A stretch of 64,000 bases of DNA. Origin: the human T2T-CHM13v2.0 reference genome, Homo sapiens. The stretch lies in NCBI RefSeq assembly GCF_009914755.1, contig NC_060945.1. The stretch is one strand, 5' to 3'. Below are positions 38,790 to 53,269 of the stretch, in pieces; position 1 is the first letter of the stretch; every line of letters begins with the position of its first letter. The translations under genes were made by a program, and so were the position numbers. The notes beneath the pieces are model-generated. The model searched no databases. It was given only the letters and a program-made list of their open reading frames with translations, and was not told the DNA's origin.

Positions 38790-41700
38790 TCAACAAATGG
38801 TGTTGGGCAAACTGAGTATCCACATGTAAAATAATGAAGTTAAATGTTTATCTTACATTATATACAAAAATTAACTCAAAATGGATCAAAGACCTAAATG
38901 AAAGACCTAAAACTATAAAACTCTTATAAGAAGAAACATAAGGGAAAAACTTGATGACACTGGTTTTGACGCCAATTTCTTGGTTAGAAAGCACAGGCAA
39001 CAAAATAAATATAAATAAATTGGACTACATCAAAATTAAAAACTTTTGTGCATGAAAGTGTATAATCCACAGAGTAAAAAGGCAGCATATGGAATGGGAA
39101 AAATATTTGCAAATCATATGTATTAGTCTGTTCTCACACTGCTAATAAAGACATACCCAAGATTGGGTAATTTATAAAGGAAAGAGGTTTAATTGACTCA
39201 CAGTTCTTCAGGGCTGGGGAGGCCACAGAAAACCTTACAATCATGGTGGAAGGAGAAGTAAACATGTTCTTCGAATGGCGGCAGCAAGGAGAAGTGCCAA
39301 GCAAAAGGAGAAAACCCCTTATAAAACCATCAGATCTTGTGAGAACTTACTCACTATCATGAGAACAGCATGGAGGTAACCACCCCCATGATTCAATTAC
39401 CTCCCACTGGGTCCCTCCCACAACATATGGGGATTATGAGAACTACAATTCAAGATGATATTTGAGTGGGGACATAGCCAAATCATATCATTCCACCCTG
39501 GCCTCTCCCAAATCTCGTATCTTCACATTTCAAAACACAATCATGCTTTTTCAACAGTCCCCCAAAGTCTTAGCTCATTCCAGCATTAACTCAGAAGTCC
39601 AAGTCCAAAGTTTCATCTGAGACAAGGCAAGTCCCTTCTGCCTGTGGGCCTGTAAAATTAAAAGCAAGTTAGTTACTTCCTAGATACAATGAGGGTACAT
39701 GCTTATGTTCCAAATGGGAGGAAGTGGCCAAAACGAAGGAGCTACAGGCCTCGTGCAAGTCCAAAATCCAATGGGTAGTCATTAAACCTTACAGTTGAAA
39801 AATGATCTCCTTTGACTCCATGTCTCACATCCAGGGCATCCTGATACAAGAGGTGGGTTTCCAGGGCCTTGAGCTCCATTCCTGTGGCTTTGCAGGGTAC
39901 AGCCCCCTCCCAGCTGCTTTCATGGGCTAGCTTTGAGTGTCTGTGGCTTTTCCAGGTGCACAGTGCAAGCTGTTGTTGGATCTACCATTCTGGGGTCTGG
40001 AGAATGATGGCCCTTTTCTCACAGCTCCACTAGGGAGTGCCCCAGTGGGGACTCTGTGTGAGGGCTCCAACCCCACATTTACCTTCCACATTGCCCTAGC
40101 TGAGGGTCTCCATAAGGGCTCTGCCTCTGCAGCAAACTTCTGCATGGACATCTGGGCCTTTTCATACATCCTCTGAAATCTAGGTATGGGTCCAAAACCT
40201 CAATTCTTGACTTCTGTGCACCTACAGGCTCAACACCACAAAGCTGCCAAGTCTTGAGGCTTGCACCCTTTGAAGCTATAGCCTGAGCTGTACCTTGGCC
40301 CCTTTTAGCCACAGCTGGAGCAGCTGGGATGCAGGGCACCAAGTCTGGAGGGTGCACACAGCAGGGGGGCCCTGGACCTGGCCCAGGAGACCATTTTTCC
40401 CTCCTAGACCTCTGGTCTGTGATAAGAGGGGCTGCTGCAAAGCTCTCTGACATGCCCTGTAGACATTTTCCCTGTTGTCTTGGTGGTTAGCATTTGGCTC
40501 CTCATTACTTATGCAAATTTCTGCAGCCAGTTTGAATTTTTCCTTAGAAAATGGTTTTTTCTTTTCTGCTGCATCATCAGCCTGCAAAATTTTCAAACTT
40601 TTATGCTCTGCTTTCTCTTGAATACTGTGACACTTAGAAGCTTCCTCTTCCAGATATACTAAATCATCTCTCTCAAGTTCAAAGTTCCACAGATCTCTAG
40701 GGCAGGGGGAAAAATGCCTCCAGTCTCTTTGCATAGCAAGAGTGACCTTTACTGCAGTTCCCAACAAGTTTCTCATCTTGATCTGAGACTACCTCAGCCT
40801 GGACATTGTTGTCCATATTACTATCAGCATTTTGGTCAAAGTCATTCAGCAAGCCTCTCAGAAGTTCCAAACTTTCCCACATTTTCCTATCCTCTCCTGA
40901 GCCCTCCAAACTGTTTTAGCCTCTGCCTGTTACCCAGTTCCCAAGTCACTTCCACATTTTCGGGTATCTTTACAGCAGCAGCCAATTCTACCAGTACCAG
41001 TCTACTGTATTAGTCTCTTCTCACACTGCTAATAAAGACATAATCGAGACTGGGTAATTTATAAAGGAAAGAGGTTCAACTGACTCACAGTTCCACAGGG
41101 CTGAGGAGGCCTCAGAAAACTTACAATCACGGTGGAAGGGGAAGCAAAAACATCCTTCTTCACAAGCAGCAGCAAGTAGTAGTGCCAAGCAAAAGGGAAA
41201 AAGCCCCTTATAAAACCATCAGATCACATGAGAACTCACTCATAATCATGAGAACAGCATGGAGGTAACCACCTCCATGATTCAATGACTTCCTACTAGG
41301 TCCCTCCCATGACACGGGGGGATTATGGGAACCAAAACTCAAGATGAGATTTGAGTGGGAACACAGCCAAACCATATCATCATATATCTGGTAAGAGATA
41401 ATATTGAGAATATTAAAATATTCTGAACTCCTACAAATTAACAACAACAAAAATAAAACCCTTGAATAATAAATAGGCAAATAAATGGAATAGACATTTT
41501 TCCAAAGATGTTATACAAATGGCCAAAAAGCATATGAAAAGATACTCTACATCACTAATCATTAGAGAAATAAAAATCAAAACTATAAAGAAATACCACC
41601 TTACCCCCCATTAAGATGATTACTATGAAACAAAAAGAAAATAACAAGTGTTGACAAGGATGTAGAGAAATCAAAACCCTCATGCACTGTCGGTGGGAAT

Positions 41701-42320
41701 GTAAAATGGTGCAGCTACTAGCTACTATCATAAACAGTATGGCAATTTCTCAAACAATCAAAAATTACTATATGATCCAACAATTCAATTTCTGAGTATG
41801 TTCAAAACAATTAAAATCAGGGTCTTGAAGAGATTTGCACACCCATTTTTACAGCAGCATTCTTTATAATAACCAAAAGGGGAAAGCAACAAAAGTGCCC
41901 ATGGACAGATGAATAGATTTAAAAAATATGGTGTAGACACACGGTGGAACATTATTCAGCCTTAAAAAGAAAGGAAATTCTAACACATGCTACAACATGA
42001 ATGGACCTTGAGGAGGTTATGCTAAGTGAAACAAGTTAGTCACAAAAAGACAAATGCTGTTTGATTCCACTTACATGATGTACATAGAGTAGTCAAATTC
42101 ATAGAGACAGAAAGTAGAATAGTGGTTAACAGAGGCTGGCAGGATGGGAAATGGAGACTTGTTTAATGAATATAGAGTTTCAGTTTTGTGAAATGAAAAA
42201 GTTCTGGAGATTTGTGGCACAACAGTGAATAGACTTAACACTACCAAACTGTACACTTAAAAATGATTAAGATGGTAAGTTTTATATTAGGTGTATTTTT
42301 ACCTCAATTTAAAAAAGAAA
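38790..42320 (+). mobile_element. L1MB3-like 3' portion, split by the THE1C provirus
   Basis: ORF2 3' region and L1MB-type 3' UTR (GTCAAATTCATAGAGACAGAAAGTAGAAT...AAGATGGTAA.TTTTAT.TTA.GTGTATTTT); contiguous across the TCATA TSD. Confidence 0.88.
39119..41379 (-). mobile_element. Full-length THE1C-type provirus (3' LTR 39119-39490, internal 39491-41005, 5' LTR 41006-41379)
   Basis: Two LTRs plus THE1 internal region; perfect TSD TCATA (39114-39118, 41380-41384). Confidence 0.95.
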
Positions 42321-42321
42321 G

Positions 42322-42674
42322 ATTATTGGGGAGTTATATCCATGAAAGGAAAGGGGAAGAAAGAGGAATTATCAGACTGTGATGCAGGCTTGACAGTCTC
42401 TACTAGGCCAGTGGGAACTCAGGAGCAAAGGTTATCTGCCAGAGGGGGCCGCAGCGGACGGACATGGCTAGGCCTTTGCATCACTTCCTTGACTTTGGCC
42501 TTGCATGCTTATTGGCTGGGGCTGTTCTGAAATGAGCAGGACCTCAGCTTGAACACTGAGGCAGTTGCTGAAGGAGAGAACAGGTGGAGGCCATCTGACA
42601 GTGACATTCCTCAAAGCTGGGCAGCACATTCTTCCTTGAAGGGGTCTGTCTGACACACCTCCGTATCTGCCACA
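42322..42674 (-). mobile_element. LTR16-family LTR fragment
   Basis: TCAGACTGTGATGCAGG.TTGACA...ends ..TCTGCCACA. Confidence 0.55.
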
Positions 42675-44344
42675 TGGGAATAGGGTGAGTTTTATTTTCC
42701 TTTAGTTTGTATTTCTGTGTATTCCACATTTCCAATAATGAATGAGTGGCTTTTTAACCACAAATGAAATAAAAGTTATTATTATAATATATAGCAACCA
42801 ACAATCTTAACTATTGAACAGTTGGTTAGTTACTTATTAACTGTCTGTTTCAGAAAGTTATGTGCAGACCCCTTCCAAGTAAACACATTCCATCCCAATA
42901 AATCAAGGCGTTATTAATCCTCCCGTGCAATTGAAAGAAAATGATTCTTCTGCAGCATCAGTTGATATTTGTCATTTTGAAATATACATAGGCAGTGGAC
43001 ATCAATTTCAGCTATTGCCAATGTTAATTTTATCCTGTATCTCTACCAGAGTGTAAAAGACTGGATCCTTCCAACAATATTAGTCACAGTGTATAAACCT
43101 TGGAAAGCATTATTTTATCATCTTTTGGAAGAATGGAGTTCTCACAGCAGGCTTAAAGCAGTAGAGACTTCCAAAGGGGGTCATGGTGGAAAAAAGGAAG
43201 AGAGTCGACTATCATCCTCCAATAATGCCGGTAAAAAAACTTGTCAGATCCTCACACGAAAGGGACCTTCTAAGAACAAGATGCAAGTAGAATCATCAGA
43301 GTGACGGCTTTTCAAACTTTAAATTATTTATGGGTTATGTACTCGGATCCTGGGCAGGCTGGTGTCAAGAGAGCTTCATCCAGAAAAGAATAAAAATTTC
43401 CTGATTTTACTGATGGAAAGATGAACTGAGGGAGCAAGAAAATTATACAGAGAATTTTACAGACCCAAAGGCTGAGAGAAATGTAGGGCTGCTGGGTTTC
43501 CTACATCAATCTGGAATAACTGCACTGAGATGTTGGGAATTCATCCATGCAAAATTACTTGAGTAGAAAAATTATTTTCTACTACAAACCCACAAAATAG
43601 AGGATCAATAAACTGCCAGGAGATAGAAAACACTGAGTAATCACGTGTATCAAACTGAAGAGCTGTTGCTGCTGTATACTTCGGAGACTCTGCTGTATGT
43701 CTAATTAAGCAACTGAAATGATTTTTGGACTATAACATGTACTTTAAAAGTGGAATTTGAAGGGCAACTCTGTCTTTTCTAGGTTTAACCTGTGCAAGTA
43801 TGAATCTTGAGTCACCAGTGGTGAGACTCAGCAAAATCTCTAGGTAATGATTCAACTGGGTTAGGACAAGGCTGAACCGATCACGGATTCGTTTAGCAAA
43901 ACATGCAGAATCGTCAAGCTCTCTTAACCTTGTTGGGGATTTAGGAGGTATTTTTGTTTTTGTTTGTTTGTTCTCATCTTGTTTTTGTTTTGCATGCTAC
44001 CACCTGCAGCTGTTAGAGCAGTGAATAGAACCAAAATTGGGGAGTTTAGCTTCTAGCGCAGGGTGTGCTGGTGGTAGATAAGCAATAAATAAAATGAATA
44101 AGTAAATTTGAATCAGTTGATATTTAGAGTGCAATTAGGTACCATGGATAAAAATCATGCTATGAAAGATGTATAGGGAAAAGGGAGGGAGGAGAAGGGA
44201 AATTTGAAGTCAGTAGAAGAGGGAAGGCCTTGATGTGAAGGGGACATTTGAACAAAGACTTGAAAAAGGCAGGAGCATGCGGTGTGAGTATCTTGGAAAT
44301 GATTGCTGCAGGCAGAGGAAACAGCAAATGCAAAGGCCCTGCAT

Positions 44345-44843
44345 CACTCAGAGCAGGAGATCGATGACACAATCAAATTGGATATTGTGAAGAGAGTTTT
44401 TAAAAGTGTTAATTATAAACCTGTGAGCAGGTTATAGGGAAATGACAAGGGGCAGTATAGTATTTAGGAGACGAAGACAGTGGGGTGCTATCATCATCAC
44501 TAAGCCTGCCTGAGTGGCAGGAAAGTAGCTATTAGAATTTAGAGTAAGAGACAGCTGTGTTGAGAGTCTGCCCACCAGGAGCTGTGACCCTTAGGCCGAG
44601 GATGTGGCATCTGCATAAACACTGCAGGAAAGAAGCACTGGAGTAAAGACCCACTGACCCCACTCTTGTCCCTTCCTTACATCTTCATCTGAGCTCCCCA
44701 TTGGACGAAACCGACCTGGAAGCAGAGGTCCGGGGAGAGAATTGAGATGGGTCATAGAGTTTATCCTTCCAGGGCATAAAACAGGCTTGAGAAGGGTGGA
44801 GAGTGTCTGTGCCTGGAAGGGCAAACAAAAGGCATCTGGCACA
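44345..44843 (-). mobile_element. LTR33 solo LTR
   Basis: CTCCCCATTGG.CGAA.CC..C.GGAAGC.AGAGG...GAGAAGGGTGGAGAGTG...GGGCAAACA...ATCTGGCACA. Confidence 0.75.
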
Positions 44844-46370
44844 GCTCTAAGCTGAGATCATGGCTGATGTGAAGAGGAGTAGCAAGGCTGTCACTGTGAT
44901 TATAGAGGAAGGATTGAGGAGGGGAATATCAGGAGATGAGTTCAGACAAATTGCAGAGTAGAGTTTCATGGGCATTGTCAGGCATTGAGAAGTCCTTAGC
45001 TATCACTGTGAGTCAAATAGAGAGCTGTGGAAGAGTTCTGTGTGAGGCGATGATGTGAGCAGACATCACTTAAAAGTATCTCCCTGGCTGCTGAGTTAAG
45101 AACAGACTGACGTGGGGCAAGGGTGGAATCATGAGACCAAGGAGGATGCTTTTGCCTAATTTGGGCGAGAGAGAGTGGTTTGAACAGATGGATGCAGTGG
45201 AGGTTGTAAGAATGGAGAGGTTTCTGAATACATTTTAAAAGTAGAGCCAATCAGATTTGCTGATAGATTGAATTGGAGGGAGGTGTGTGAGGGAAAGAGA
45301 GGAGTCAAGGAATCGAGGATGACTCTGAATTGGAAGCATGGAGTTGCCATGGATTGATTTGAGAACACTGCGGAAGGAGTGCAGTTATTGAGGAAAACTC
45401 AAACATTGGTTTTGGATATGTTGAGCTTGAGATGTCTCTTGGGATGTGAGGAATAGGCAGTTGGCTTTATGAGTCTTGACTTTAAAAGAGAGATTATAGT
45501 GAATTCTTATAATTTTATGATGCCTCGGCATCAATTTTGAGTGTAAGTTGGACCTTCATATGCCAACAACAGGGCTTTGTCACCTGTGACACAGTTTACA
45601 GTTCTCTGCCTTCTCCTAGTCTCTCACTGTCATCAATACAGCCACCTCCTGGTAACCACCTCCCTATGGGAGAGCTAGATACAACCTCCTTGACTCACCA
45701 CACTATTTTCCTATTTATGAAACAGGGTGGATCTCTTTTTCCTCTGTCTTCTCAAACATACACTCTTTCAAAACCCTCTGTGGCCTAACCTTTCTCTGGC
45801 GATACAAGTCATGCTTGGTTTAACCCCCAAGCCCAGCATAGACAGTGTGGCTATGCCACAGTGATCACCTCTCAGTCACAGTGTACCTCCATGGAACTCA
45901 TGCCTGCTTGCTCAAACCTATCAATTAGAAATCCCCTTGGTAAACCTGCTTGGGGAATGCCCTGGACTTCGGTAAAGGCATTGGCTCACAGGTCCTTTTC
46001 TCTCTCTCTCTTGCCGCCCACTCACTGGTTGAGTGTGTATGTCCTGGATGACTACCCCCTTCCCATTGGCCCTGAGAGGCATGCTGCCCTCTTCATTCTG
46101 GGATCTGTAATTAATAAACTGTTTCTGCATTTCATGAGTTTTGTTGTGTTGCATCCTCTGTGTCTCACCTAACTAACACACTTGAATCTAACTTCTTTCC
46201 TAGTCAGGGGTCTCTTAGAGAGCAGTGATCTTAGTAGGAATAAACTGATATAGGTCAGACAAAAGCCACAAGGGCATCTTGCAGTATAAACAGGTTTCCT
46301 GTGAAAGAGACACCTGGTAGCAAGTCAGACACTCAGGCATTAGGTCATCCACTGGGATAAAGAAGTATCA

Positions 46371-46693
46371 CGGGTGTGGTGGCTCATGCCTGCAATCCCA
46401 GCACTTTTGGAGGCCAAAACGAGTGGATCACCTGATGTCAGGAGTTCGACACCAGCCTGGCCAACATGGCAAAGCCCCATCTCTACCAAAAATACAAAAA
46501 TTAGCTGGGTGTGGTGGCGGGTGCCTGTAGTCCCAGCTACTCAGGAGGCTGAGGCAGGAGAATGGCTTGAACTTGGGAGGTTGAGGTTGCAGTGAGCTGA
46601 CATCACAGCACTGCACTGCAGCCCAGGCAACTAAGACCCCGTCCCAAAAAACAAAACAAAACAAATGAAACAACAACAACAACAACAACAACA
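46371..46693 (+). mobile_element. AluSx-like with (AAC)n tail
   Basis: TSD AA(A/G)GAAGTATCA. Confidence 0.92.
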
Positions 46694-46785
46694 AAGGAAG
46701 TATCAAGTGAAAGGCACATTGTAAACATCCACGACCCCCTTCCCTGGAGCCCTGTGAGGGCAGGGCTAGAATTTATAGACACACT

Positions 46786-46787
<2 letters not shown>

Positions 46788-46832
<45 letters not shown>
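46788..46832. repeat. (GA)n microsatellite
   Basis: Directly visible. Confidence 0.97.
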
Positions 46833-46835
<3 letters not shown>

Positions 46836-46859
46836 CAAGAGCAAATCAGAGGAAATCAC

Positions 46860-47055
46860 AACAACGTCTTCCTGGGAGATACAAATTTTGTACATGTCAG
46901 TGTATAGATGATATTTATCATTTATAATCTTTGGATGAGATGAGACCCCTGAGCGAAACAACGTCTTCCTGGGAGATACAAATTTTGTACATGTCAGTGT
47001 ATAGATGATATTTATCATTTATAATCTTTGGATGAGATGAGACCCCTGAGCGAAA
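46860..47055 (+). repeat. Perfect 97-bp tandem duplication (2 copies)
   Basis: CAACGTCTTCC...CCTGAGCGAAA at 46862 and 46959, identical; 2-bp AA junction microhomology. Confidence 0.97.
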
Positions 47056-47709
47056 GAGTTTGGAAAGGAAATAGAAGAGGATCAAGGACTAAAGCCTGGA
47101 GACTCCAACTCTAAGGAGGAATCAAGAAAGAACCACTAAGAAGGAGCTGCCCGTATAGGAGGGAGGAAACATTAAAGAGAAGAGAAGGTGGCTTCCTGGA
47201 AACGACATGGCAAAAGTATTTCTAGGAGAAGAGAGTGATCAACAGTGACAACTGCTGCTGATCGGCCAAGTACAATAAGGACTGAGGCTTATCCATTGGA
47301 TTTGGCAGCATGAGGTCATCAGTGTCCTTGACACATCCAAACTTCATAGATTAATGGGGGCAAACCTGATTAAAGCAGGTTTAATGAGAATGGTAATGGA
47401 AAGATATGCATTGGAAATAATTAGTGTAGATTTCTTTTAAGAGCATTTTGCTAGAAAAGTGAGCAGAGAAATAGGGCAGTAACTGGAGAGAGAAGTGGAG
47501 TCAAGGGATTTTCTATTTTCTTTTTTAACAGGAGCTAGAACATGTTTTAGGAAACTGGAAATGATCTAGTAGAGAAAAAAGACTGAGAATTCAAGAGAGA
47601 GAAAAAAGAATTGCTGCAGTAATGTCTTTGAGGAGGCCAAAGGGAGATGGATCCTAGTGTTCAAATCAAGGGGCTGGCCTTAGATAGAAGTAGGTCCATT
47701 CATTCATAG

Positions 47710-48229
<520 letters not shown>

Positions 48230-50579
48230 GAAATACGGTAATAGAAGGAAAATAATAGTGTATGGGGCCATGCTGGCAAGTGAGACAATGTAGTGGTGGT
48301 GGGAACTTGAGAAAGTTTCCTTCTGATTGTTTAAATATTCTCAGTAAAGTTTTTTTTTTTTTTTAAAGGTAGTTAATGGGGAGAGAGAGAGGGTGGGAGG
48401 GTTGAAGATTTGAGAAGAGAAGAGAGGTATCTTATAATCATGTAGTAAATGAGAATGTGAGTGGACTAGGAAAATGTAACATAATTTTTGGGCCCATTGG
48501 AAGTTGGAAGTCATGAATTGACGGTAAGAGCAACCAGCACTTTTGTGCATTTTCCTCTAGCAGTATTTAGTTGCAGAGATGGAAGTGTAGTGACGGTGGA
48601 GAGATGAATTTGACCAGGGTTCAAATGCTATGAAGTGAGACAAGCAAGGGATTGAGAGTGTTTACCAGGGAGGATTTATAATGACTGAAATGGAATTTAG
48701 GTTTTGATGAAGACCAAAAGGAAGAGTTTAGAACAGTGAGGGACAGTAAATGGGGTTAAGTTAATAGAATGAAGTTTTTTTAGAGCCAAAAGATTGCTGT
48801 ATGTTAGATAATTGAATCCTTGAAACTGAAATTTAGGAGAAGTTGCTTTTATTTATCATGTCAAGGTCCAGTTTGTGACCGTGGGAGTTTGTGGTTGAGG
48901 AAGGGTTGAGATCAAGATTATGGACAAGAGGAGTTTAATGAGCCGAGAGTCCAGGGACTTTGAAAAAATCATTTATATGGGTATTGACGTTACTAAGATT
49001 CAAGATTAGAAGCAGTTTGTGGAGAGTGGCAGTAAGCTGGATGCTAAGGTTTTTGAGAAACAAAGGCTTCAAAGCTGGAGCTTTCAGGAAATATGGAAGA
49101 AGAATGGTCTGGAAGTGGCAATGAGAAGCACGGAGGGAACTTCCGAATCTCCCATCCAGGGTCTGGGGATTGTGGGAGAAAACAACCACTGCTTGAGAGG
49201 GTTTCAGGGGCATCACACCCCTAGGGAGACCCAGGTTTCACTTAGAGGAAGAAGGCCAATAAAGCCCCTAAGGACACGTTTAGGTGGTTGGGTGTGCTAG
49301 AGATGTCTGACCTGAATTCCAGAGGGCACAATATAAATTTCGGGAGTGGAGGATGACCCAGGGACTGGGGCAGACACAGGGATACAGAGTTGTGGGGACT
49401 AGAGTAGATAACTGGTCACCTGGGAGTTGGAATTTCTTAGAACAACTGATTTAAGTAGTGGGAAGAACCATAATTTGATGAATCCTGGTGGCCTCACAAA
49501 AGAGTGATGTTGAGTCTGAATGTTGAGAGGTAATGAGAAGGGGGGCTTGGGACACCCCCTCAGTACGTCTGAGTGAGATGTAGAGGCTAGGAAAGGGTGA
49601 TCTTACGCTGAAGATATGAGATTCTCTCAAGTCTCCTGAAGATAGAATCTTGGATATATGGAGAAGGGATGTTTAATCTGGGGTGCATAGCATAAATTAT
49701 TTTAATTAGAGGAAATAATCTTGTAAGTGTTGCCAGTATCAGAGAAGAGAAACTCAATTACATGGAGAATGGATACGGTATCTTGGAGAAGGCTTGCTCT
49801 TTATTCTGGTATATAAAACATAAAGAAGATGAAATACAAATGTAGAGGAATTATCATTGTCTACCTATCTCTTAATTAGTTAATTCAGTTTCATTCTTCT
49901 GGCTTTTACAGAATGTCTTTTAAAGGTGTTTCTTGTCCAAATTGCACTACACTTTGTGAACATGACCATTGAGATTTCTTGGCAGAACCTTGATCTGTAG
50001 ATAACCTCAGATATTTTATTTAAATGTTATTTTATTTATTTCTATAAGCCTTAATTTCTCTGGATTTGGTAGCATAAAATTGAATCCAACTAATATTTAT
50101 TGTTTCTGGTGTGGGCAGTAATTAGTTATGTCCTCTGGGAGAGGAAGAAGAACTCTAAGATGCTTAGTAGCTTAACTGAAACTAAATTTTGCTTTGCATT
50201 TCTTAATATTTTTTCTTGATGAACATTTCCAGGGAGTATCAAAAGTACATCCTGAGGTCAAATTTTTTATGGCCATTATTAAAATTAAAATTTATAATTT
50301 AAGAAAAAGCCTGTACATTTGGAAAGCCCCACCTATGCACATTACATTGGTTATAGGGCAGAACTAATTTTGTAGCTGTAACTAGAAAATATAGAATATA
50401 TAAACATCTTTATTTTCCATCTACCGCCACATAACTCTCCTGGAAAAATGGTTTTATACTTACTACCTACATTACCATGATCTGCTACTTTCTGTTGCAC
50501 CTACTCTATGTGGGTACTGTCCCAAGCTATACTCTACATGGAGATCACTAGTGCCCTAGGTTGTCCATTTTTAGTTTCT

Positions 50580-51850
50580 ATCTCAATCTCCACATGAACA
50601 CTGTTTAGTCCTCATCTTGTCCTGTCACTATGTTTGAGTCTGTTGATAACTTTTACCATGTTGAAATATTTTCTCCTGTTGCATTCTTGCACCCCACATT
50701 CCCCAGGTTTTCCTGCTTCTCCACTGCCATTTGTTATTGGACCATTTTGCTGCTACTTCTCCTCTTTCAGATCCATAAAAATGTTGTTAAAGACCCAGGC
50801 CTCAGTCTTTGGTCCTCCTGTCTTCTAATCCACACTCATAGTTTGAGTGCTCTCATCCAGTCCTGTGGCTCTACAAATTATTACGGTGGTGTTTCCCAAA
50901 TTTTTATTTCTAGTCTCAAGCTCTCCCTGAACTCTAGACTCACATATTTAACTATTTGACATCTCCATTGAGATGCCTAGTGGGCATCTCAAACTTACTA
51001 TGTTTCTAAACTAAATGCTGGTTTCTTCTTCTCTTCAATTTTCCATATTTTAATAAATGAAACCACCACTTATCAGAGTGCTCAGGCTCAACCTTGATGG
51101 TATTTTTCTTTTATACCCAAGACACATTCATAAATCCTTTGGCTCTGCTTCTGAAATACACCCAAACTCCAACCACTTTCAAGCAGTGCCTCAACATTAT
51201 CACCCTTGCCAAAACCATCGCCTTGACTGCCACCAAAAGCCTTATGATTTATCTTCTACTCTTGTTCCCCTAGATCTAATTTACATACAGAAAACAAAGT
51301 GACCTTTTAGATATGTCAATCAGATTATGTCTCTTTTTATCTTAGAACACTACAGAAGACTTTCCATCCCATTAACTATAAAATACAAAGACAAGAACTT
51401 ACATTTCCATCTTGTTTTCTATAATGTTACCACTTTTCCATGCACCCCAGACACACTGGTCTCCTCTCTGTTCCTTGAACATACTGAGTATGTTTTTACC
51501 TGGGTCTTTGCCCTTGCTATGCCCTTTGGCTGTAATGCTTTCTCCCAACATATACACAGGCTTCCTTCATAATTCCATTCAGGTGTCTGTGCACATGTCG
51601 TCTACTTAGGACTTCCTGGACCATCTTATTTAGATAGCAAATCCCCATCCTTCATTACTTGCTACCTTTCTACCGTGCTTTCTCATTCTTCTTCCCTGGC
51701 TTGCATTATACTTTCTATTTATCTGTTTTTTTTTGTTTCTCCCAATGGAATGTAAGCTTCCTGGTATCAGGGTCTTTATTTTATTTCTCTGCTGTGTCTG
51801 GGACACCTAGACCACCTAGAACCCACGACAAATTAAGTTATTGTCAGTGA
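50580..51850 (+). mobile_element. L2 (L2a-like) 3' ~1.3 kb
   Basis: CTCATCCAGTC..TGGCT, CTCTCCCTGAACTC.AGACT, GGCATCTCAAACTTA, GGAATGTAAGCT.CC and the L2 3' end. Confidence 0.8.
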
Positions 51851-53269
51851 GGTGAGTCAAAGTTGCATCTACTTCCAGAAAGAGTTTTGATAGTGGTAGT
51901 GGTAAGTATTTGGCAGTTGGCCTGAAGTTGTTATTTTGTTCTAAGAATTGTTGCAGACTAAATGAATATTTCTGATAAGGAAATGGAAAGGAAAATTTGA
52001 ATACTCTTATATTTTCATGTTTTCAATCTTATGGTGGTGAGTCAGGCTTGTAACAAATGCTCAACACATTTTATTTAATAAATGAATTAAAAGAATGAAT
52101 ACAAGTATGCATATATATATATGATATACGCTGAGATCACATCACAAATTATTATATCTCCAGACAATTTCTTTTTTTGCAGGGACTATGCCATAGTGTC
52201 AGAAGTCCTGTTTTATGAGGCAAATAAAATACATTTCACTTTGCATTATTTGACTGTTACAGAGACATAACATTCTATCTCTATGGCTTCACTCTGTTTA
52301 AAAGCAAGAAACTTTTTATAACTGAAAGAAAAAAAACAAGTGCACTTTAATTAACCAAAGACATAACCTCTTACAAATATACTAAAATGTAATTTGAGAA
52401 CCATTTAAGTCAAAAATCATCTGCATTTTTCAAACTTTCACACACCACCACATGACAGGAATTTTTTGAAAAACTACTTATCCATAATAAAGATTGCTCC
52501 AAATATAAGCAATACAATTTATTCAATTTTACAGTATTGCATTTTTTCATTCTCATATTTTCATCCTACTAAGAAATTAGGGTTTGACATTTTTGGACGT
52601 GAAACTCTATCCTCCTTTTCTGTGGTGATTATGTTAAGTTCTTCTCCCTCTCTGCATTTCACAGAGCATACAGGAGTGTGGTCAGAGAAGGGGCTTGGAA
52701 AGAGCATATGTCAAGTTGTCAGAAAATGTGGTTTTCAGTTTCCATTTTGGCATCTTAGCCATGTGACCTCGAGACAGGCACCTAACCTCTGTATGTCTCT
52801 AACAAGAGGGTATCAACAGTTGGTCTTTGAGATGCCTTTTGCCGTGCAAGTCCCTGGATTTATGGAGGTCTCCTCCGTTCATTCGAGGGTGGGAGTTCCT
52901 CTTCAACATTGCACTGATCAAATCAAAGTAAAGTGATTTAAAATCATGTAGAATCCTAGACTTGACTTCTCTTTTCATTACCTCATTATATTACTTAACT
53001 GTATTCCTATCCTTGCATTAAAAAAATTAGTTCTTATCAGGAAATCACTCAATTTATGTAAGATATAAGTAGCATTCAACAAGAGTTGGTTAATTTAATA
53101 AATGAAGATGAATGGAAGAAATGATGTCGTTTGTCTGAATTTAATATGCTGGACTTAATATAGTTAAGAAGAGTGTAGGACAAAACAGGTTTTATTCTTA
53201 TAGCATGCTATTGTAGAGAGAGAGCATTTTAAGCTCTATTTGATAATAATATGCATTTACATGATAAAA

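Larger units (their letters stand above)
45495..46863 (+). mobile_element. ERV1-class solo LTR (LTR48/LTR29-like) with nested Alu and (GA)n
   Basis: Interrupts the L2; starts ..GTGAATTCTTATAATTTTATG.TGCCTCGGCATC, has AATAAA at ~46113, ends GGAAATCACAACA. Family name is from memory. Confidence 0.7.

Noticed and set aside
39927-41013. ORFs up to 166 aa on the minus strand
   Set aside because: Same decayed THE1C internal region in the second provirus.
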